A DNA stretch of 64,000 bases, from NCBI GenBank assembly GCA_036006425.1, contig DASYPQ010000022.1, positions 337,938 to 401,937 of the forward strand, in the 5' to 3' direction. The notes under the pieces are model-generated. The model saw only the letters and a program-made list of their open reading frames with translations. It was not told the origin of the DNA and ran no database searches. The position numbers and the translations under genes were made by a program. Numbering within the stretch: position 1 is the first letter of the stretch; the number at the start of each line of letters is the position of its first letter. This DNA comes from Planctomycetota bacterium. GTDB lineage: Bacteria; Planctomycetota; UBA1135; GCA-002686595. This document shows positions 60,444 to 64,000 of the stretch, piece by piece.

Positions 60444-60699
60444 GGGGTTCAGGGGGCAGGGGGTCGGGAGTGCGGAAGCGTCGGATGCTAGCACGCGCGC
60501 GCATCCGCGGAATGCGAACTCCTCCCCAAGCGGCCCGGATCGTGTGAATGAACCCGGTCATCCCCCTGAAAAACGTCGGGCTCGTCGCCCAGGATCGCGC
60601 GCGGAGCGCGTCGGGTGTTCGGTTTGCGAAAGGGCACTGCCTCGCGCTCCGCTTGGTCAGTATGGTTGCGCCCTATATCCACCCCAAAGGAGGTGTCTC

Positions 60700-61380
60700 A
60701 TGAAATGGCTTGGACTCGTGATGATCGCCGCCCTGCCGGCGCTCGCGCTCGCCGGCGGTCAAGGCAAAGACAAGAAGGGTGATCAGCCGAAACCGGCGGA
60801 CCCCAAACCCGCGGATGTGAAACCGACCGAAGCGAAGCTGGAGATCGGCAAGGCCGCTCCCGCCTTCGAACTGAAGGACCTCGACGGCAAGGCCGTCAAG
60901 CTGGCCGACTACAAGGGCAAGATCGTCGTGCTCGAGTGGTTCAATCCGGAGTGCCCGTTCGTGGTGCGTCAGCACTCGGAAGGCCCGCTCAAGGACGCGG
61001 CCGCGAAGGCCACGAAGGACGGCGTCGTGTGGCTCGCGATCAACTCTTCGGGACCCGGCAAGGAAGGCAACGGGGTCGAGAAGAACAAGAAGGCCGTGGC
61101 TGACTGGAAGATGGCGTACCCGGTCCTCGTCGACGAGGACGGCACCGTCGGAATGGCCTACGGCTCCAAGAACACGCCCACGATGTACATCATCGACGCC
61201 AAGGGCATGCTCGCGTACCACGGCGCGATCGACAACGCCGCGGACGGCAAGCCCGAAGGCGGCACCCTCGTGAACTACGTCGAAAGCGCCCTCGCCGAAA
61301 TGAAGGCAGGCAAGGCAGTTTCGAAGGCCGAGACGAAGCCCTACGGCTGTGGCGTGAAGTACGCCAAGCCGAAGAGCTGA
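60700..61380 (+). CDS. secreted thioredoxin-fold redoxin (AhpC/TSA-TlpA-like)
   Basis: AAAGGAGG RBS. Signal peptide MKWLGLVMIAALPALALA. KIVVLEWFNPECPFV active-site region. Confidence 0.8.
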   Translation: MKWLGLVMIAALPALALAGGQGKDKKGDQPKPADPKPADVKPTEAKLEIGKAAPAFELKDLDGKAVKLADYKGKIVVLEWFNPECPFVVRQHSEGPLKDAAAKATKDGVVWLAINSSGPGKEGNGVEKNKKAVADWKMAYPVLVDEDGTVGMAYGSKNTPTMYIIDAKGMLAYHGAIDNAADGKPEGGTLVNYVESALAEMKAGKAVSKAETKPYGCGVKYAKPKS

Positions 61381-61403
61381 GGCGTCCCGGTCGTGAACCG
61401 GCG

Positions 61404-61442
61404 GGGCCGGGGCTCGCAGGAGCCCCGGCCCTCTTTTTTTTC
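61404..61442 (+). terminator. intrinsic terminator of the redoxin gene
   Basis: GGGCCGGGGCTC-GCAG-GAGCCCCGGCCC followed by TCTTTTTTTTCTC. Confidence 0.8.
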
Positions 61443-61446
61443 TCCC

Positions 61447-61614
61447 GGAACCTGGCCTGGTTGGCTGTTCCTCGCCTCTTCACAACCCCTGCGCGGGCAG
61501 GAGCTTGGAACCCTTTTTTCTCCCCGGACTCGGCGTGGGTGCGCCCGCGCATGCAGGACGAGGCCCGACAACGACTTGCGCGCAGATCAGGCACAATCAA
61601 CCGGGCCAGTTTCC
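61447..61614. repeat. 168-bp element with ~24-bp terminal inverted repeats (MITE-like), copy 1 (degenerate)
   Basis: Left end GGAACCTGGCCTGGTTGGCTGTTC. Right end GCACAATCAACCGGGCCAGTTTCC. The interior aligns with copy 2. Its length is identical to copy 2. Confidence 0.6.
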
Positions 61615-62055
61615 GTGAACGCAAAGCGACTCTCGATCCTCGCGTTCGCCGCGCTCGTCGCGGCGCTCGTCCCGCTCGTCTACCGCCACGCGGTCATGGC
61701 CCGGTCGCCGGTCGGGATCGCCGTCCAGGTCGGCGCCGTCGCGTTCTTCCTCTGGGCGCGTGTGACGATGGGATGGAGGAGTTTCCATGCCAGCGCGAAC
61801 CCTCTCGAGAACGCGCGGCTCGTCACGCGCGGGCCGTACGGGCTCGTCCGGCATCCGATCTATGTTTCGCTCTGGGCGATCGTCTGGGCGGGAGTCGCCG
61901 AGCATCTGGACGCCGTGAACGTCGCGCTCGCGCTTCTGATCGCGGCCGGCCTCTTCGTGCGGATGGTGCTCGAGGAGCGGCTTCTCCGGCGCCGGTTCCC
62001 CGAGTACGCCGAGTACGCGAAGCGGACGAAGCGGATCGTCCCGTTCGTCCTGTGA
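61615..62055 (+). CDS. isoprenylcysteine carboxyl methyltransferase (ICMT/PEMT) family membrane protein
   Basis: LVTRGPYGLVRHPIYVSLWAI...EERLLRRRFPEYAEYAKRTKRIVPFV. The GTG start is the first triplet after the repeat element. The start is uncertain. Confidence 0.7.
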   Translation: MNAKRLSILAFAALVAALVPLVYRHAVMARSPVGIAVQVGAVAFFLWARVTMGWRSFHASANPLENARLVTRGPYGLVRHPIYVSLWAIVWAGVAEHLDAVNVALALLIAAGLFVRMVLEERLLRRRFPEYAEYAKRTKRIVPFVL

Positions 62056-62059
62056 GCTG

Positions 62060-62089
62060 TTGACAATTTGTCCAGCAACAATTGACAAT
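62060..62089 (+). promoter_or_regulatory. AT-rich candidate sigma70-type promoter (TTGACA-18 nt-GACAAT), also a direct TTGACAAT repeat
   Basis: TTGACAATTTGTCCAGCAACAATTGACAAT is the most AT-rich 30-mer I noticed in this neighbourhood. The -10-like hexamer ends 7 nt before the GTG at 62096. Confidence 0.3.
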
Positions 62090-62095
62090 CACGGC

Positions 62096-62830
62096 GTGGC
62101 GCGCGATCACGTCCGAGCTTTCCTCCTCGACGAGGTCGAAGCCCATCCGCGCGATCTCGTCCAGCTCGCCGTCGCCCGCTTCGGGATCTCGCGCCAAGCG
62201 GTCCACGGCCACCTGAACCGCCTGCTCCGGGACGGACTCCTCCATGCCGACGGGCGCACGCAGGCCCGCCGCTACCGGATCGCCCTGGTCGGCGAGCACC
62301 ACGACACGCTGGACCGGGCGGCGATGCGGCGTGCCGACGACGCGTGGCGCTCGAACTTCGCCCCCGCGCTCGACGGAATCCCCGCCAACGTCGTCGAGAT
62401 CGCTCGCTTCGGCTTCGCGGAGGTCGTCCGCAACGTGCTCGAGCACTCGGGCGCGCCGGCTCTCTCGGCTCGTCTGCGGCGGACTGCCGCTGCGATCGAG
62501 GTCCGGGTCGCCGACCGCGGCTCCGGGATCTTCCGCAACCTCGAGCGGGAATCGCGGATCGACGACGCCCTGGCGGCGGCCCTCGCGATCGTGAAGGGGC
62601 CCATCACGGCGGCCGATGGAACTCCGGCACGACGAGGCCTCGCCGCCGTCGCGCGCGCGTTCGATTCCGTCCTGTTCGCTGCGGGCAATCAGCTGCTGCA
62701 CCGCGCGGAACGCGACGGCCGGGAAGCCTGGCGCCTCCAGTCGATCGGCGCCCGCGTCGCGGGGACGACCGTCGGGATGCGGATCAGCGTGCATTCGCCG
62801 CGGACACTCGTTGGAATCTGGCCTGGTTGA
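62096..62830 (+). CDS. winged-HTH plus RsbW/SpoIIAB-like GHKL ATPase-domain protein
   Basis: LVQLAVARFGISRQAVHGHLNRLLRDGLL (HTH). FAEVVRNVLEHSG (N-box-like) and EVRVADRGSGIF (G1-like). The TGA stop lies inside the left TIR of the 168-bp element. Confidence 0.55.
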   Translation: MARDHVRAFLLDEVEAHPRDLVQLAVARFGISRQAVHGHLNRLLRDGLLHADGRTQARRYRIALVGEHHDTLDRAAMRRADDAWRSNFAPALDGIPANVVEIARFGFAEVVRNVLEHSGAPALSARLRRTAAAIEVRVADRGSGIFRNLERESRIDDALAAALAIVKGPITAADGTPARRGLAAVARAFDSVLFAAGNQLLHRAERDGREAWRLQSIGARVAGTTVGMRISVHSPRTLVGIWPG

Positions 62831-62980
62831 TTGTGCATGGCCGCACCACAAGGCCCGCGGACACGAGGACTTGGGGTGATTCGGCGCCCCCGGGCTCGGC
62901 TCGCGCCCCCGAAGGGGTCGGAGTCCTGAGCCGACAAGGGGTTGCGTGCCGGTTCGGCACAATCAACCAGGCCAGCTTCC
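62813..62980. repeat. 168-bp element with 24-bp terminal inverted repeats (MITE-like), copy 2
   Basis: GGAATCTGGCCTGGTTGATTGTGC ... GCACAATCAACCAGGCCAGCTTCC (23/24 complementary). Confidence 0.7.
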
Positions 62981-62981
62981 G

Positions 62982-63566
62982 TCAGGCGACCCGCGGCAGG
63001 CTCGCCGTCACGGCGACCAGCCGCCGCGCGATCTTCCCGAGCGCCGCCTGCTGCTTCGGGTCGACGAGCTTCCCCTCCGCGTCGAACGCCTCGTTGGCCT
63101 TTCCGACCGTCAGCTGCTCCGGCAGGACGAGGACGCGGATGTTCGAGAGGATCGAGCGGACGGTCACGAGACCGCGCAGGCCTCCGAGCAGGCCGGGCGA
63201 GGCGGCGACGAGGGCGGCGACCTTGTGCTCGAAGCACGCGAGCGGCGTCTCGCCCTTCTCCGTCCGAGAGGCCCAGTCGATCGTGTTCTTCAGGACGCCG
63301 GAGATCGAGCTGTTGTACTCGGGAGCGGAGATGAAGAGCGCGTCGTGCGCGCGCATCAACTCCTTGAAGCGCTGTGCGTTGGCCGGGACGCCTTCCGCGG
63401 CCTCGATGTCTCCGTCGTAGATCGGCATCGGGAAATCGCGCAGGTCGACGAGCGTGACGTCCCCGCCCGCCGCGCGCGCGGCGTCGGCGGCGAGGCGCGC
63501 GAGCTTCTTGTTGAACGAGTCGCGGCGCAGGCTGCCGGCGAACACGAGGATCTTCGGAGCGGGCAT
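62982..63566 (-). CDS. NAD(P)H-dependent FMN reductase
   Basis: MPAPKILVFAGSLRRDSFNKKLA...FISAPEYNSSISGVLKNTIDW. Confidence 0.85.
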   Translation of the reverse strand: MPAPKILVFAGSLRRDSFNKKLARLAADAARAAGGDVTLVDLRDFPMPIYDGDIEAAEGVPANAQRFKELMRAHDALFISAPEYNSSISGVLKNTIDWASRTEKGETPLACFEHKVAALVAASPGLLGGLRGLVTVRSILSNIRVLVLPEQLTVGKANEAFDAEGKLVDPKQQAALGKIARRLVAVTASLPRVA

Positions 63567-63581
63567 GCCGCCTCTCTAACA

Positions 63582-63705
63582 GATCGCGGAGCTCAGGGCA
63601 CGCCGATCGCAGAGCGCGCGGGCACGTCGATCGCGGTGACTCAGGGCACGTCGATCCCGGAGCTCGCGGCACGTCGATCGCGGCGACTCAGGGCACGTCG
63701 ATCGA
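63582..63705. repeat. 47-bp tandem repeat (about 2.6 units; 23-24-bp sub-period, five GGCACG(T/C)CGATC cores)
   Basis: Units start at 63582, 63629 and 63676. Cores lie at 63597, 63621, 63645, 63668 and 63692. The last unit contains the final codons (SIDVP) and the stop of the upstream gene. Confidence 0.8.
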
Positions 63706-64000
63706 GGCGACCGGAAGGAAGCTCCGGTCGAGACGCTCGACGAAATCCCCGAGGAGGACGCGCGCGTCGACCTTCACCTTCTTCTCGACGAGCTTGCCGC
63801 CGAAGAGGACCTGAACCGGCTTCGTCGGATCGAACATCGAAGCCGTGAGGAGGAGACGGAACGCCGCGACGTGCTCCCCGGTCGCGGCGAATCGTCCGAC
63901 CCCCGTCATCCGGACCTCGAGGCGCGCCGTCCGCTTCTCGACTTCCTCCTCGAGCAGCTTGCGGCGGCCGCCTTCGTCGAGGCCGTTCCACGTCGACGCG
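63688..64000 (-). CDS. 3' end of an unidentified gene running out of the window
   Basis: The frame is open from 63999 down to the TGA at 63688-63690 (…EEEVEKRTARLEVRMTGVGRFAATGEHVAAFRLLL…SIDVP). No motif recognised. Confidence 0.45.
   Translation of the reverse strand, partial: ASTWNGLDEGGRRKLLEEEVEKRTARLEVRMTGVGRFAATGEHVAAFRLLLTASMFDPTKPVQVLFGGKLVEKKVKVDARVLLGDFVERLDRSFLPVASIDVP

Noticed and set aside
61447-62980. Composite-transposon or genomic-island interpretation of the segment bracketed by the two 168-bp elements. The same idea applies to the ECF gene bracketed by the 83-nt palindromes.
   Set aside because: No transposase, integrase, tRNA attachment site or clear target-site duplication is visible. 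The elements are in direct rather than inverted orientation, and composition does not differ from the surroundings. They are kept as repeat-element findings only.
63582-63705. Regularly spaced short repeats that could suggest a CRISPR array.
   Set aside because: The period is only 23-24/47 bp with no unique spacers, there are only 2.6 units, no cas genes are present, and the repeat is a reiteration of a gene's 3' end.

Overview
Very GC-rich bacterial chromosomal segment. Third-codon-position GC is so extreme that almost every real gene is shadowed by long Arg/Ala/Pro-rich antisense or off-frame ORFs. I call about 48 protein-coding genes, tightly packed, many with 4-nt start/stop overlaps (ATGA, GTGA, TTGA). 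I saw no rRNA, tRNA, CRISPR array, transposase, integrase or phage gene. Left to right the window holds: the speA 3' part, slyD, a deacetylase/carbamoyltransferase pair, a large secreted HExxH metalloprotease with thrombospondin-type-3 repeats, a membrane spermidine-synthase-like protein, a five-haem cytochrome c, a PhyH dioxygenase and an ABC exporter. Next comes a translationally coupled envelope operon (yhhQ, Wzx-like flippase, CDP-alcohol phosphatidyltransferase, two tandem TMTC-like GT-C/TPR paralogues), then mutM, a NitT/TauT ABC importer and a decayed ahcY fragment. After these: a PAS histidine kinase plus an NtrC-family regulator that lacks the GAFTGA loop, two convergent paralogous beta-helix proteins and an aminotransferase. 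The right part holds a molybdopterin oxidoreductase whose FeS-NrfD partner lies 4.5 kb away, uvrD/pcrA-rtcB, an ECF sigma factor fused to a transmembrane and Ig-like extension, a Pmp-like beta-helix protein, a redoxin, an ICMT-family methyltransferase, an HTH-GHKL protein and an FMN reductase. The lineage cannot be fixed from this window. The ECF sigma with a long C-terminal extension, the TSP3 repeats and the many giant secreted beta-helix proteins are reminiscent of Planctomycetota- or Myxococcota-like environmental bacteria. Three signals seem most worth following. (1) A ~155-aa, six-cysteine module (FCFGDG..CPC.N.G..GHGC.NS ... YRD....FCP.P.G.T.N.S...W-stop) sits at the extreme C terminus of three otherwise unrelated secreted proteins. 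It looks like an unnamed cargo-tagging or surface-attachment domain. (2) Two families of short non-coding elements, an 83-nt near-perfect palindrome and a 168-bp element with 24-bp terminal inverted repeats, are inserted exactly at gene boundaries. They donate stop codons or N-terminal codons, and each family brackets a regulatory gene. (3) There are several start/stop and regulatory oddities: a PhyH gene in frame behind a TAG with no canonical start, symmetric operators filling divergent intergenic regions, and the GAFTGA-less activator next to the paralogous beta-helix pair.
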